The notes: a model not told the origin generated them from the sequence alone. A DNA stretch of 64,000 nucleotides from Nitrospinales bacterium (GCA_965223795.1 CBDCXL010000001.1:64001-128000), one strand, 5' to 3'. Counted from the first letter of the stretch, positions 1 to 11,142 are shown. Numbers and translations: made by a program.

Positions 1-2
1 TC

Positions 3-476
3 GGCGGCAAGCTGATTCAGGACGCCGGCATGGAAGCGGCGCGGCTGGAAAGCGAGAACGGCGACGGCGGCGCAGTGTGGGAAGCGGAGTACGAGAAGGT
101 TCAGGACGCGGTGCGTCAGGAACTGAGGAACCATTTCCGTCCCGAATTTCTCAACCGCATCGACGACATCGTGCTGTTCAAGAACCTGAGCCGCGAGCGG
201 ATCAAGGAGATCGTGGACGTTCAGGTCGCGGACCTGCGCGCGCGGCTTGCGGACAAGCGCATGACGCTGACGCTGTCGGATTCGGTGAAGGACGTGCTGG
301 CCGAAAAAGGCTACGATCCGGTGTTCGGTGCGCGGCCTTTGAAACGCGCGGTGCAAAAATACCTGCAGGATCCGATTTCCCTCAAGATCCTCGAAGAGCA
401 GTTCGCCGACGGCGACCGCATCCTGGTGGACACCAACGGCGGCGGCCACTTCGTGTTCAAAAAGGAAACCGCATAA
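3..476 (+). CDS. clpB: ATP-dependent chaperone ClpB, C-terminal part (partial, runs off the left edge)
   Basis: FRPEFLNRIDD and GYDPVFGARPLKR motifs of the Clp/Hsp100 second AAA+ module; frame is open from position 3. Confidence 0.85.
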   Translation, partial: GGKLIQDAGMEAARLESENGDGGAVWEAEYEKVQDAVRQELRNHFRPEFLNRIDDIVLFKNLSRERIKEIVDVQVADLRARLADKRMTLTLSDSVKDVLAEKGYDPVFGARPLKRAVQKYLQDPISLKILEEQFADGDRILVDTNGGGHFVFKKETA

Positions 477-518
477 GATCATTGAGCGCTTGTTCAAACG
501 GGCTTGAAGCGCTCCTAC

Positions 519-550
519 AACGGGAGGGACGCCCCCTCCCTCCCGTTTTC
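519..550 (+). terminator. Probable intrinsic terminator between convergent clpB and addA
   Basis: aacgggaggga / tccctcccgtt inverted repeat followed by a short T run. Confidence 0.5.
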
Positions 551-616
551 CTTCTCACGGCACTTCGGTCCTTCCCATTCGCCCGTGTCCAGCCGATGAC
601 CGCCCTCCATTACCAT

Positions 617-3600
617 TCAGGTTAAATCTACAAACTCCGCCTGCAGGGGATAGTACAGCGCCTTGTGAATGGGGCGGGTTTCCCCTTTAAGCCGGATCAG
701 TTCTACGTATTGGTTTAATTGGGCTTTATATTGGTCCAACTGGGCTTTGTGCTTTTCCAGCTTTTCGGGAGATCCGGTTTTGTAATCGACGATCCAGCGC
801 CTGTCGTTCTCGTCCACGAAGGTGCGGTCGATCTGGACGCTCACAAAGCGTCCCTTGAGAAATCCGGTGAGCGGGTACTCCGAGTGGGCGTCGGTATGCG
901 GCGTCAGAATCCAGCGGCCGCGTTCATCCTGCACGACCTTGCGCAGGGCCTGCATTGCCGTATCGACGGCCTGCTCGATTTTATCCGGCGCCATCCCCTG
1001 CGCCAAAAGGGCCGTGCGCAGTTTCCCGGCCTGACCTTTCAGGTTGTCCCCGCTCCAGGCCTCCATTTCGCCCTGCGCCATTTTCTGCAGGCACAGGTGC
1101 AGCACGTTGCCCAGGCAGCGGGCCTCGCTGCCCCGCCACACAAACTCACCCTCATCTCCGGATTTTTCACTGATCTCGCTGACCCGTCCGGCATGGACCG
1201 CCGGATGCGGTTCGGGAAACTCAACAGGGTGCGGCAGGCGGCGGATGCGGTGCGCGGCGGCAACCGGTGCTTCCACTGCGGGAGCTTCGTCGGGCAAATT
1301 CGGGTTGCGTAGGAGCCAGGAGATCCAGTCCTCGCCGATGTGCGGCCAGAGCCGCGCGAGCAGCGACCGCCTGTCCGGCTTCCAGCTGTCGATGTCGGGA
1401 TTACCTTTTCCGCGCACATGGCCGAACAGGTGCAGCTGCTTTTTCGCCCGCGTGGCAGCGACGTAAAGCAGGCGCAGGGTCTCGAAACCGTTTTTCTTTT
1501 CGTCTAGACGGGAGAGAAATCCGTAGATCTCGGAGCCGGTGTCTTCCTTGTCCTCCATCGGGGCGAGCAGCAGATCGTTGCCGTGGGGAATCCAGAATAC
1601 CAGGCGCCTGCTGTATGCCGAGGGTTTGCGGTCCAGACCCGGCAGCAGGACGTGGTCGAATTCGAGGCCCTTGGCCTTGTGCATGGTCATGATCTGCACG
1701 GGGTTGTCCTGCGCGGGCGCGGGACTGGCGAACAGGGTTTCCAGTGTGCGGCCGAACTGCGCCAGCGCCGCCATTCCGCCGCTGTTGAGCGCGCTTGAAA
1801 CTTCATCGAAAAACACGTCCACATCCGAAAACGTGCGTTCCCCGATGCAGGCCGGGCCGCCGAGGGCAATCCAGACGCCTTCCAATAGATCCCGGAAATC
1901 CGCCGCGGGCAGGGCCTTGAGCGCGGGATCCAGCACCGCGCGAAACCGCTCGCTGCGCTGTTGCCCGTCCGGGCTCAGTGTGGCAATGCGGTCCGGATCG
2001 TTGAGGAGCCGCCAGATGGAGGTGTCGCGGTCGTTGTCACACAGCCGCAGCAGGTCTGCCAGGGACAGGCCGCACCAGGGCGCGCGCAGTATGGAGAGCC
2101 AGGCGGCGCGGTCGGTGGGCGAGAGCAGGGCGCGCAGCAGGGCGAGCAGGTCCTGGATTTCGGGTCGCCCGGTCAACGGGTCGATATCTTCAGCGGTGAA
2201 GGCGATCCCTTCTTCATGGAAATGCTGTACAGCGGCGGCCAGGTGACTGCGCGCGCGCACCAGGATGGCGATGGTCTGATTGGGGTCGTCATTCCGGATT
2301 TCGCGGATCACCTCGACCATCCGGCGCGCTTCCTCGTTCGAGCGCGCGTCCTTGTCCTCGGTGGGCGTCAGGATATGCAGCAGCGCTCCGTCCGCGTCGT
2401 CTTCACCCAATGCGGCCTGGGATTCCGCGTAGGAGATGGCGCCGAGATCGGGATCGTCGCGCCGCGGAAAGATTTCGCCAAAGCAGCCGTTGACCCAATC
2501 GACGACTTTTTTTTGCGAGCGGAAATTGGTTCTGAGCGTCAGGCTTGTCAATTCGATGTCGCCGATGCCGTGTTCGCGTGTCTGTAGAAACAGTCCGACC
2601 TCGGCGTCGCGGAAGCGGTAGATCGACTGCATGGGGTCGCCGACGATGAACAGCGTGCGGCCGTCGCCCCGTTCCCATCCCGCCGTCAGCAGTTCCAGCA
2701 GGTGTTTCTGCTTGAACGAGGTGTCCTGGAACTCGTCCACCAGGATGTGCTGGATGCGGGTGTCCAGGTACAGCAGCAGGTCGGTGGGATTGGTGTCTTC
2801 GCCCAGTGCGCCGATGGCGGCCAGCGCAATCTCGGTGAAATCGGTTCTGCCGCGGCCGGCGAACACCCGGCGCAGCGTTGCGGACAGGCGGGGCAGCAGC
2901 TCCAGGGTCGCCTTGAGCACCTGCCATTCCCCCTCTTCAAAACGGGGAGCGGGCAGTTTCCGCACCTCATCGAGCATGTCGAGAAGCAGAGGGTTGCCGG
3001 TGTGGGAGTCCACCCAATCCTTGAACCGGTTTTTCATTTCGGTTTCGGGAGAGTTTTTCGGGCCGGTGGGGAAGCCGTTTCTTTTATCCACTGTTTTGCG
3101 AAACTCGCCTTTTTGTGTGAGCAGCAGGTTCGCCAGCGCGCGCCATTGAGCCAGCTGCGAAACGGTTGCTTCGGGCAGGGCCTGCAAGCCGTCGAGGCAC
3201 GCCAGCGGATCGTCCGGTTTGTCTTGGGCAAGGTTGCCGCCGCTGTAGGCGGCGAGCGCAACGAGTTCGACCGCTGCTCGCTCCGGAATCAGCGAACGGG
3301 CGTCGAGCAGCACGTTTTCGATGACGCCGGTGAGGGCGGATTCGAGGTAACGGCGTGTGGCGTCCGTGACTTCATTCTCTTCATGGAAAAACGTCATCCA
3401 CTGGTCGCGTTTTTCCAGCAGCTCGAGGATGCGGTCGCGGAAACCGGATTTGGAATTGTCGAGATGCCGGAACACGGTGCGGATCGCGTCCCCCTCGGCG
3501 CTGTCGTTTTCGATTCGGAGCTGAACGCGCCGCGCCGCTTCCCGGTACAGCTCGCCGGGTTTTTCCTCGATGTCGAGCGGTCCGCCGGTGCGCGAGAGCA

Positions 3601-3994
3601 GGGGCATCTGGCGGACGAGGGCGGCGCAGAACGAATCGATGGTCTGGATCTTCAGACGCGCCGGGTTCTGCAGCAGCGACCAGCCGAGCTGTTCGTCCTG
3701 CCTCAGGACTTCGCGCGCCAGCTCAAAGGTGTGCCGGTCGTGCGGGTCGCCGGGCGGTTCGCCGCCGCGCGCGCATTCCAGGGCGTCGAGGATGCGCTTT
3801 TTCATCTCGCCCGCGGCCTTGCGGGTGAAGGTCATGGCGAGGATCTGCTCCGGCGCTTCCACCCGCGTTAATAGCCGCAGCAACCGCTGGATGAGGAGCC
3901 CGGTCTTGCCGGAGCCCGCGGGCGCCTGCACGATGAAGGAGCGCTGCGGGTCGAGTGCGGTCCGCCTTTCCTCGGCATCGGCGATGGCGCTCAT
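617..3994 (-). CDS. addA: UvrD/AddA-type helicase-nuclease (double-strand break repair)
   Basis: Walker A APAGSGKT, TFTRKAA, LVDEFQDT, GDPMQSIYRFR, TMHKAKGLEF, YVAATRA and a C-terminal IVDYKTG nuclease motif. Confidence 0.88.
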   Translation of the reverse strand: MSAIADAEERRTALDPQRSFIVQAPAGSGKTGLLIQRLLRLLTRVEAPEQILAMTFTRKAAGEMKKRILDALECARGGEPPGDPHDRHTFELAREVLRQDEQLGWSLLQNPARLKIQTIDSFCAALVRQMPLLSRTGGPLDIEEKPGELYREAARRVQLRIENDSAEGDAIRTVFRHLDNSKSGFRDRILELLEKRDQWMTFFHEENEVTDATRRYLESALTGVIENVLLDARSLIPERAAVELVALAAYSGGNLAQDKPDDPLACLDGLQALPEATVSQLAQWRALANLLLTQKGEFRKTVDKRNGFPTGPKNSPETEMKNRFKDWVDSHTGNPLLLDMLDEVRKLPAPRFEEGEWQVLKATLELLPRLSATLRRVFAGRGRTDFTEIALAAIGALGEDTNPTDLLLYLDTRIQHILVDEFQDTSFKQKHLLELLTAGWERGDGRTLFIVGDPMQSIYRFRDAEVGLFLQTREHGIGDIELTSLTLRTNFRSQKKVVDWVNGCFGEIFPRRDDPDLGAISYAESQAALGEDDADGALLHILTPTEDKDARSNEEARRMVEVIREIRNDDPNQTIAILVRARSHLAAAVQHFHEEGIAFTAEDIDPLTGRPEIQDLLALLRALLSPTDRAAWLSILRAPWCGLSLADLLRLCDNDRDTSIWRLLNDPDRIATLSPDGQQRSERFRAVLDPALKALPAADFRDLLEGVWIALGGPACIGERTFSDVDVFFDEVSSALNSGGMAALAQFGRTLETLFASPAPAQDNPVQIMTMHKAKGLEFDHVLLPGLDRKPSAYSRRLVFWIPHGNDLLLAPMEDKEDTGSEIYGFLSRLDEKKNGFETLRLLYVAATRAKKQLHLFGHVRGKGNPDIDSWKPDRRSLLARLWPHIGEDWISWLLRNPNLPDEAPAVEAPVAAAHRIRRLPHPVEFPEPHPAVHAGRVSEISEKSGDEGEFVWRGSEARCLGNVLHLCLQKMAQGEMEAWSGDNLKGQAGKLRTALLAQGMAPDKIEQAVDTAMQALRKVVQDERGRWILTPHTDAHSEYPLTGFLKGRFVSVQIDRTFVDENDRRWIVDYKTGSPEKLEKHKAQLDQYKAQLNQYVELIRLKGETRPIHKALYYPLQAEFVDLT

Positions 3995-6678
3995 GCGTCC
4001 TCCTCATCCCCGGCGGGAGCGGATTCGCCGATGCGGCACAGGGTTTCCAGGCCGCAGTGTTGGCACGTTTGCGTTTTTTTGAACGGGTCTACTTGCGTGT
4101 GCCCGGCGGCGAAGCGTTCCGCCGTCTGCGTGAGCACGGTTTCCCAGGCGCGCCTGCGCTCTTCCCAGGTTTCCGCGCAGGGGTATTTGCCGGTTTTGAT
4201 GGGATCCAGGCCCAGAGGCGGCGCGTCCTCGTGCAGGTCGGTCTGGAATTTGAGCTTGCCTTTCTTGAGCTGGGCGTAGGCGATGCCCTCGGCGGGCGGC
4301 TCCAGCGCGTACAGGGGAAGCTGCGGTTCCTGCGGGCGTTCGCCGAACCAGTCCGCCGGTTTGACGTCGCCGGTCTTGTAGTCGATGAACAGCGTGTGGC
4401 CGTTCTCAAGCCGGTCGATGCGGTCGATGCGAAGTTTGAGCTTCACACCTGCGAGGGTGCATTCCCTTTGCGCTTCCTGGGCGGTCACGGCGAACGGTCC
4501 ACGCGCCAGTTCCAAATCCAGCCATTTTTTGAGCAGCGCCAGCAGACGCCCGGATTCCAGCTCGCGGAAGCGGTCCTGCCGGGTGAGCCGGAACGCCTGA
4601 TCTTCGAGCGCCTGGGAGATGGATTGTTCGATGGCTCGTTCAACCTCTCCATTCTCGAATAGCTGTTCCAGTTCTGTGTGGTTCTTTGTTTCGTGCCAGA
4701 AATGCTCGAGCACCGCGTGGACGAGGCTGCCGCGTTCCCGATGATCGAAGTCGAGTTCCGGAGTCTCCTGCGGTTCGGCGTGCAGCCGGTGCCGGGCGAA
4801 GGCGCGGAACGGGCACTGCGCCTGATCGCGGATCACGCTCTGTCCGCCGCCGGGTCCCGGATCGAGGAAACGCCGCCGTTCCGCGTCCGTGGCCGGGAGG
4901 ATTGCAGGTTCCTCGAACGGTTCCAGCGTGAAGATCCCGATGCGCTGGTCGCGGATGCGGTGTGACCGAGTGAGCGGCGCGGGTTCCGGCACTTTGAGCA
5001 GGGGCTGCAGCAGGGGACTCAGTCTGCGCTCCTCGCTGGCTTCCACGCCGGGGTGGCTGAACACGATCCGGTCCGAGGAAGCGATGAGCCGGGCCAGCGA
5101 CTGGCGGGCGAATTCGAGCTCCCGCTCGACGGTGGCGCGCGGCAGATTGTGTTCTTTGCGCCATCGCGCCGGAAGAAACGGATTGGGATCTGGCGGCGCG
5201 GGCAGGGCTTCGGCGTGGCAGCCGGGAACCCACAGGGCGTCGAAGGCCATGCCGGCGGACTCCAGCAGCCCGACCACCTGGATCGGCTGCTCGCGGGTCT
5301 TGGCCTGAAAGGGGTGATCCTCGCACAGTCCGCTCAGCAGGGCCGCCGCCTGGGTGCGGGTGACGTTGCCGGTGATCGCGTCGAGGGAGGCGAAGTGGTC
5401 GAGCTGTTCGCGCCAGCTTTCGAACACCTGGTACTCGCGGCTGGCCAGAGGGCCCGGCCAGCCCATGGCGTCGAGCATCTCGGAAAACGTCAGCGCCCAC
5501 TGGCTCGGCGCTTTTCTGCCGGGCTGGCGGATCAGCTTTGTCCACCGGCCGATCAGTCCTTTCAGTTTAGAATTTGCTTTAAGTGTCTGGCGAAGCGATT
5601 TCTCGCTCTCAAGATCTTCAAGGTAAACCGTGGCAAAGTTGTTTTGCGATAGTTTCAATGCGAGGCGGTGCACCGCGTCGCGGTCCTTGCGGCCGGGATG
5701 GAACAAGGGGCTTTTGATGACGCCGGTGAACAGGGCGAAGGGCAGGGAGAGGGCGTCGTTTTTCGCGGCGGCGAGGACGGTGAGGGCGGCGCGGACCATC
5801 GGCTCGTCCGCGAGCGGCGTTCCCAGCGAAAGGTTGAACGGCAGTTCCTGCTCGACCCAGGGGTAGATCGATTCGGGCGCGAGTTCGGCTTTGAGTTCGC
5901 GCAGCAGATTCTCCCGGTAGCCGTTGAGGTCGGGGACGACGATGCCGGTCCGGCTGCCGGGCTGGTGGTGGGCGCGCACCCAGCGGGCGCACTGCACGGC
6001 TTCCTCCCTGGGGTCGGCGCAGGGGCGGATCTCGATGTTTTTTCCGGCAGCCAGGGCGTCGAGGGCAGGAGGGCCGGTCTCCGGAATCTTGGGATCGAAG
6101 GCGACGGCGGCACCGCGGTTTCTGAGAAGATCGAGCCAGTCGGTGAGCCGCGGGGTCACGTCCTCGAACCCGGCGAGGGTGATGCGCCGCGGCATCGGCA
6201 GGGTTCCCTGTTTCATGGCGGCGTGCACGTGATCGAGCACGTCCGCCGGATCGAGGGCGTGCCATTGCGCGAGGCGGTCCTGGTAGCTCTGCATCCAGGC
6301 GTGAAAAGCGCGGGTTTCCTCGGTGGCCTCGAAGGCCGCGCGATGCACGGGCAGCCGGTGCTCGCGGATGAGTGCGTAGGCCTTGGACGCCTGCTCGGCG
6401 GCGGCCTTGAGGTGCAGCAGGTCCAGATCGCGGCTGCGCGCGTCGCTTGCGACGATCTGTTCCCACAGCTTGCGCGCTTGCAGGTCGCTCAGGATGTGCT
6501 TCGTGGGCCAGGATTCGACCCAGATTTTTTTGAGCCAGGCGTTGAGCGGCAGGATGTCCGGTGTCTGCCAGACGAGCGGGCCGCCGGCGTTTTTCCGGCG
6601 TTCGTTGTGCTGCAACTGGAGCCAGCGGGCGAGGCGGGCGTTGACCGTGAGGACGACGGACTGGGATTCGCGTTCCAC
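3991..6678 (-). CDS. addB: AddB-like PD-(D/E)XK nuclease subunit with Fe-S staple
   Basis: Degenerate helicase N-terminus, QCPF, RIDRID..IDYKTG, QLPLY and CQHC..LC cysteines; 4-nt overlap with addA. Confidence 0.8.
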   Translation of the reverse strand: MERESQSVVLTVNARLARWLQLQHNERRKNAGGPLVWQTPDILPLNAWLKKIWVESWPTKHILSDLQARKLWEQIVASDARSRDLDLLHLKAAAEQASKAYALIREHRLPVHRAAFEATEETRAFHAWMQSYQDRLAQWHALDPADVLDHVHAAMKQGTLPMPRRITLAGFEDVTPRLTDWLDLLRNRGAAVAFDPKIPETGPPALDALAAGKNIEIRPCADPREEAVQCARWVRAHHQPGSRTGIVVPDLNGYRENLLRELKAELAPESIYPWVEQELPFNLSLGTPLADEPMVRAALTVLAAAKNDALSLPFALFTGVIKSPLFHPGRKDRDAVHRLALKLSQNNFATVYLEDLESEKSLRQTLKANSKLKGLIGRWTKLIRQPGRKAPSQWALTFSEMLDAMGWPGPLASREYQVFESWREQLDHFASLDAITGNVTRTQAAALLSGLCEDHPFQAKTREQPIQVVGLLESAGMAFDALWVPGCHAEALPAPPDPNPFLPARWRKEHNLPRATVERELEFARQSLARLIASSDRIVFSHPGVEASEERRLSPLLQPLLKVPEPAPLTRSHRIRDQRIGIFTLEPFEEPAILPATDAERRRFLDPGPGGGQSVIRDQAQCPFRAFARHRLHAEPQETPELDFDHRERGSLVHAVLEHFWHETKNHTELEQLFENGEVERAIEQSISQALEDQAFRLTRQDRFRELESGRLLALLKKWLDLELARGPFAVTAQEAQRECTLAGVKLKLRIDRIDRLENGHTLFIDYKTGDVKPADWFGERPQEPQLPLYALEPPAEGIAYAQLKKGKLKFQTDLHEDAPPLGLDPIKTGKYPCAETWEERRRAWETVLTQTAERFAAGHTQVDPFKKTQTCQHCGLETLCRIGESAPAGDEEDA

Positions 6679-6784
6679 TGTTGGGCTCTAAAGACGCGGG
6701 GCTGGAATGAGGGTTTGGGAAATTGCCTGGATGACTGAGGAAGGATTATTTTTCCCCCTCACCCGGGTATTAAGGCAAGGCTGA

Positions 6785-6809
6785 CCCTTCGACAGGCTCA
6801 GGGTGACAG
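6785..6809. repeat. REP-like dispersed repeat family A (ttcgacaggctcagggtgaca)
   Basis: Near-identical copies at 8835-8886 and 9916-9974. Confidence 0.8.
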
Positions 6810-6848
6810 CCGTTTCGGTTCTGGATTTGTTGCGTTACCGGCGTCCTG

Positions 6849-7286
6849 TCAGGGCGTGGCCTGGACCCAGACTTCCCCTTTGGAAGTGGTTTCCCGTTTC
6901 CAGATGGGCGTGGTGCGCTTGAGTTCCGCGATGGCCCATTCGCAGGCCTTGAAGGTTTCGGCGCGGTGCTCGCCCGCGGCGACGATGAGCACGATGTTCT
7001 CGCCGATGTCGATCTCGCCGATTCTGTGGATGATGCTCATGTCGATGATCTTGAAATCGTGGATGGCTTTTTCGCGCAGCTCTTCGAGTTTCTTCTCGGC
7101 CATCTTGGGGTAATGCTCGAAGTTGAGCTTGGTGATGTTCTCCCCCTTGTTGAGTTCGCGGCCGGTTCCGAGAAACGTGGTGATGCCGCCGATGTTGCGC
7201 GAGCTTTTCTTGATGGCTTCGATTTCGTCGGTGACCGAAAAATCCTCGCGCTGGATTCGGACCCTGGATTCCATGACGGTGCTCAT
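6849..7286 (-). CDS. moaE: Molybdopterin synthase catalytic subunit
   Basis: GGITTFLG, EHYPKMA, HRIG, HR and LK..TPIWKRE motifs. Confidence 0.93.
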   Translation of the reverse strand: MSTVMESRVRIQREDFSVTDEIEAIKKSSRNIGGITTFLGTGRELNKGENITKLNFEHYPKMAEKKLEELREKAIHDFKIIDMSIIHRIGEIDIGENIVLIVAAGEHRAETFKACEWAIAELKRTTPIWKRETTSKGEVWVQATP

Positions 7287-7304
7287 GTTCGTGTTCCTTC
7301 TATC

Positions 7305-7556
7305 TTAAGAACCACCGGAAAACGGCGGCAGGAATGCCACTTCGTCGCCGTCGTGGATGACGGTGTCCAGTGCGGCCACATCCTGGTTGACGGATACCAT
7401 TATCTTTTTCCCCTGGATCATCTCGCCGATCTGGGGATTGCTCTCTGCAAGGACTTCGCTCAACCGCTGCACGGTGGTCTGGTTGCCGAGGTCGAGGTGT
7501 TCTTCCTCTTTTCCGGCGATGGCGCGCAGGCTGGCGAAATATTTCAGTGTGATCAT
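7305..7556 (-). CDS. moaD: Molybdopterin synthase sulfur carrier subunit
   Basis: YFASLR N-terminus; GDEVAFLPPFSGG(S) C-terminus. Confidence 0.93.
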   Translation of the reverse strand: MITLKYFASLRAIAGKEEEHLDLGNQTTVQRLSEVLAESNPQIGEMIQGKKIMVSVNQDVAALDTVIHDGDEVAFLPPFSGGS

Positions 7557-7560
7557 GATC

Positions 7561-8064
<504 letters not shown>

Positions 8065-8187
8065 GCGACTATAATACATCAGTTTCGGGGCTGCGCGTCA
8101 AGTTCTCGCCCCGCTGTCAGGAATTCAGCCTGGTGAGCGGCGCCGCGGGCGTTTTTTCGGGTCTTTTCGGCGGGAGGGCCGGTTTTT

Positions 8188-8550
8188 TCAGGCCGGTTTT
8201 TCGGGCGGTTCGTACAGTCCGATGGGGTTGCCGTCGGGATCGCGGAACCCGGACAGGTTGCCGAACGGCTGCCGCTCGATGGGGTCGAACTGCTTGACTC
8301 CCCTTTGCTTCAATGTTTCAATCACTTGCTCGATGGGCCGGGCCAGCAGGGACAAAAAAGGCTGTTCCCGCCGAGGGGGCTCCGCCGCGTCCGCCACGTG
8401 GTGCAGGGCCAGCCGCTGGCCGCCGAGGTCGAACTCGGACCAGTCGTCCCGCACGAACCGCGGCTTGCAGTCCAGCACGCGCTGGTAGAATTCCACGGCG
8501 CGGTCCATGTCCGTCACGGGATAGGAGATGTAAGCGATTTTCAGGGGCAT
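8188..8550 (-). CDS. VOC/glyoxalase family protein
   Basis: PVTDMDRAVEFY and FRDPDGNPIGL motifs. Confidence 0.85.
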   Translation of the reverse strand: MPLKIAYISYPVTDMDRAVEFYQRVLDCKPRFVRDDWSEFDLGGQRLALHHVADAAEPPRREQPFLSLLARPIEQVIETLKQRGVKQFDPIERQPFGNLSGFRDPDGNPIGLYEPPEKPA

Positions 8551-8632
8551 GCGTCTTTCTGATGCGTTGTCCGGGTTCCCAAGTGTAGCACAGGGCAGGC
8601 AGCGGGGCCGGGTGGACAGAAATCAAAACCCG

Positions 8633-8941
8633 TCTCGCGCCAAGCCGCAAAGAAAACCAAATTCCTCTCCCCCCGGAGAGGGGAGGTCAAGCAAAGCAAA
8701 GCTTGATGACCCTCCTTAAAATCAGTTTAATGAGGCGTCGAGCCAAGCTCGACACTCGCATTACGAATTACCCGGAAGGTGGCTTGAGGATAGGGTGAGG
8801 GGGGAGAATATCTCAAATGCCTGGATAGTTTATGTTTCGACAAGCTCAGCATGACAGTTGTCTGTCACCCTGAGCTTGTCGAAGGGTGACAGAGCATCAC
8901 GAGCCGGATCTGGGTTTATTCTCTTTATCCTGTTCATCCTG
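8633..8941. repeat. Cluster of several short repeat families in one intergenic region
   Basis: cgccaagccgcaaag (8638), cctctcccc..gagagggg (8664), gggtgagggg (8793), an inverted pair of family A (8835-8886), tttatcctgttcatcctg (8924). Confidence 0.7.
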
Positions 8942-8993
8942 CCGCCTATCTTCTACACTCCTTTCCTTTCGAATTGTCACTCCGGAGCTGCGT

Positions 8994-9890
8994 TTGTCTC
9001 TCTTCAACATCGGCCTCATCCTGCTATCGAGTTTCAGTCACGCCTTCTGGAACGTGCTGACGCAGACCAGCAAAAACTCGCGCTTTTTTTCCGGACTCAA
9101 GGGGCTTTGGATCCTGGCCATGGCGGCGCCCGCGGTTTTCCTGCTGGATTTTCCCTGGGCGCCGCCGGAACTGCTGTTCTGGGCCGGGATCTCCGGCGTG
9201 CTGCACGGGGTGTACATCCTCAGCCTGTCGCGCGCCTACGACTCTGCCGACATCTCCTACGTGTATCCGATCGCGCGTTCCGCGCCGGTGTTCGTGCCGG
9301 TGTTCGCGTTCTTCCTGCTCGGCGAGCATCTGAGTGCTGGGGCCGTGCTGGCGATCGTCATCATTTTGCTGGCGATCTACATCCTGCACTTCGAGGGCCA
9401 CCTGGTGCGCGGGTTCAAAAACCTGTACGACGCGATGCGCCACCAGGACCTGCGCTGGGCGTTCGTCACGCTGGCGCTGGTGGTGGCGTACAGCCTGGTG
9501 GACAAGCGCGGCATGGAAGTGTTTCTCGCGCACTATCCGGAGCAGGCGTTCGTCAACGGCATCCTGTTTTTCTTCCTGGAATCGCTGGTGGGGTTTTCGC
9601 TGGCGCTGGTGTACCTGTTCGTGAAGCACAAGAAGGAGGACATCTTCTCTGTGTGGCGCGGGGAGTGGGGCCGGGCGCTGGCGGCGGGGGTCGCGACACT
9701 GGGTTCGTACGGGCTGATCTGCGTGGTGCTGCAGTTCGAGGCGGTGAGCGCGGTGGTGGCGCTGCGGCAGACCAGCGTGCTGCTGGTCGTCTACTGGGGC
9801 TGCTTCAAGCTGAAAGAGCCGTTCGGCAATCAGCGTCTGCTGGCGGGCGGGCTGATGGTGCTGGGGATCGCGCTGATCGGGATGGAGTGA
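8994..9890 (+). CDS. EamA/DMT family transporter
   Basis: About 10 hydrophobic segments with HAFWN, SYVYPIAR, YSLVDK, ALRQTSV; start placed at TTG 8994 behind ggag because the longer ORF begins inside the repeats. Confidence 0.85.
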   Translation: MSLFNIGLILLSSFSHAFWNVLTQTSKNSRFFSGLKGLWILAMAAPAVFLLDFPWAPPELLFWAGISGVLHGVYILSLSRAYDSADISYVYPIARSAPVFVPVFAFFLLGEHLSAGAVLAIVIILLAIYILHFEGHLVRGFKNLYDAMRHQDLRWAFVTLALVVAYSLVDKRGMEVFLAHYPEQAFVNGILFFFLESLVGFSLALVYLFVKHKKEDIFSVWRGEWGRALAAGVATLGSYGLICVVLQFEAVSAVVALRQTSVLLVVYWGCFKLKEPFGNQRLLAGGLMVLGIALIGME

Positions 9891-9915
9891 GTGTGGAAAA
9901 ATGACTGCTTTTCAT

Positions 9916-9974
9916 CTGTCACCCTGATCTTGTCGAAAGGTGGCGGGGCATGCTTCGACAGGCTCAGCATGACA
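9916..9974. repeat. Inverted pair of REP-like family A
   Basis: tgtcaccctgatcttgtcgaa ... ttcgacaggctcagcatgaca. Confidence 0.8.
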
Positions 9975-9998
9975 AGAAAGTGATTTGCGCCGGGATGT

Positions 9999-10907
9999 TC
10001 ATTCCGTCAACCGGCACAAGCCGTCCTTATCCAGCAGGAAGGAGGCGAAGTCGTTGGCGATGAAGAGAGCGCCGTCTTCGTTCTGCTGCATGAGCCGGGG
10101 GGCGCCGTAGAGCCGCGCCATTTGTTTCGCGCTCCATCCCTTGCCGCTGTTTTCCAGCCGATACAGGTAGCCGTAGTTGAAGGTCAAGTGGGTCAGGCCG
10201 GTGACGGCGACGATCCCCGCCGGAGTGTCGTGCAGGCCGAGGACGTTGTCGTTGATCAGCACCTGTGTTTTGCCACTGCTGTCGAGATGGATGAGATCGC
10301 CGCCCCATTCGCCGTTGTCGCTGCCCAATAGCCAGCCGTTCTCCACTTTGAGGCTGTGCCGGGGGCGGAAGGGGTTGCCGCGCAGTTCGGGGAGGTTCGC
10401 GGGCCGGATGTGCGCCACCTTCTTCGGCTCGGTGCCTTTGAGCTTGTCGAGTTCGCTTTCGAAGCTTTGCAGCAGCGCTTCGTTGTCCAGAAAGATCTCC
10501 GCCTGCCCGAGCGCGAGCTGCCAGCCATTCTCCATCCTGTTCCTGATCTCGGCTCCGAGGATTTTCTCAGGCGGCGGGCCTTTGAGCGCCGCGATTTCCG
10601 CCACGATGTCGTTCAGCCGTCTGCGGTCGCGTTCCTCCGGCGCGTAGGTGAACACTCTGGGGACGTTCTCCAGATTTCCCGCACAGCGCGGCACGTCCCG
10701 ATCGAGGTTGGCGCGCACCTGCCCGGCGCTGAACTCCTTCTTGATGAGCTGGCGGAAGTACTTCGGGTTGTTGTGCTCCTGCGGGCAGTCCCGGTTGCGC
10801 ACGGCCAGCTCCTCGGAGCAGTAGATCTCGGACGAAACCTGAGCGTGGGCGGTGCCGTGAATCAAAGTGGTTGTAACGATGAGCGTGCGTGTCCAGAATT
10901 TGAGCAT
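9999..10907 (-). CDS. Hypothetical secreted protein
   Basis: Signal peptide ending AHA; host-like codon usage; GSDNGEWGG motif in a beta-rich C-terminal half. Confidence 0.7.
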   Translation of the reverse strand: MLKFWTRTLIVTTTLIHGTAHAQVSSEIYCSEELAVRNRDCPQEHNNPKYFRQLIKKEFSAGQVRANLDRDVPRCAGNLENVPRVFTYAPEERDRRRLNDIVAEIAALKGPPPEKILGAEIRNRMENGWQLALGQAEIFLDNEALLQSFESELDKLKGTEPKKVAHIRPANLPELRGNPFRPRHSLKVENGWLLGSDNGEWGGDLIHLDSSGKTQVLINDNVLGLHDTPAGIVAVTGLTHLTFNYGYLYRLENSGKGWSAKQMARLYGAPRLMQQNEDGALFIANDFASFLLDKDGLCRLTE

Positions 10908-11142
10908 TTTGTTTTACTCTGTTAGTAATGACAGTCAGTGTATCGCAAGGGGGAGATTTTATTAATCAATATGTTGAGCAACCTCTGTGCCAAAGGGGCA
11001 GTGTTGTAAAACCGCGTGTTATTTTTTGCTGGCAGGGCGGGGTGGCTAAAAATGTATGTTGGGTGGTGCGTTTTGCGGCCGGTTTGGGGGATTGGCTCTA
11101 TACTGGAAGCGTTCCCCGTATAGACGGACGGAGGCGTTCAGC

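Noticed and set aside
709..750. Short tandem duplication in the AddA C-terminus (KAQLDQY KAQLNQY)
   Set aside because: In-frame 21-nt imperfect duplication that keeps the nuclease motif; no sign of wider significance
8065..8187. Possible Moco riboswitch upstream of moaC
   Set aside because: Promoter-like elements lie immediately before the start codon, leaving no room for the aptamer, and no consensus was seen
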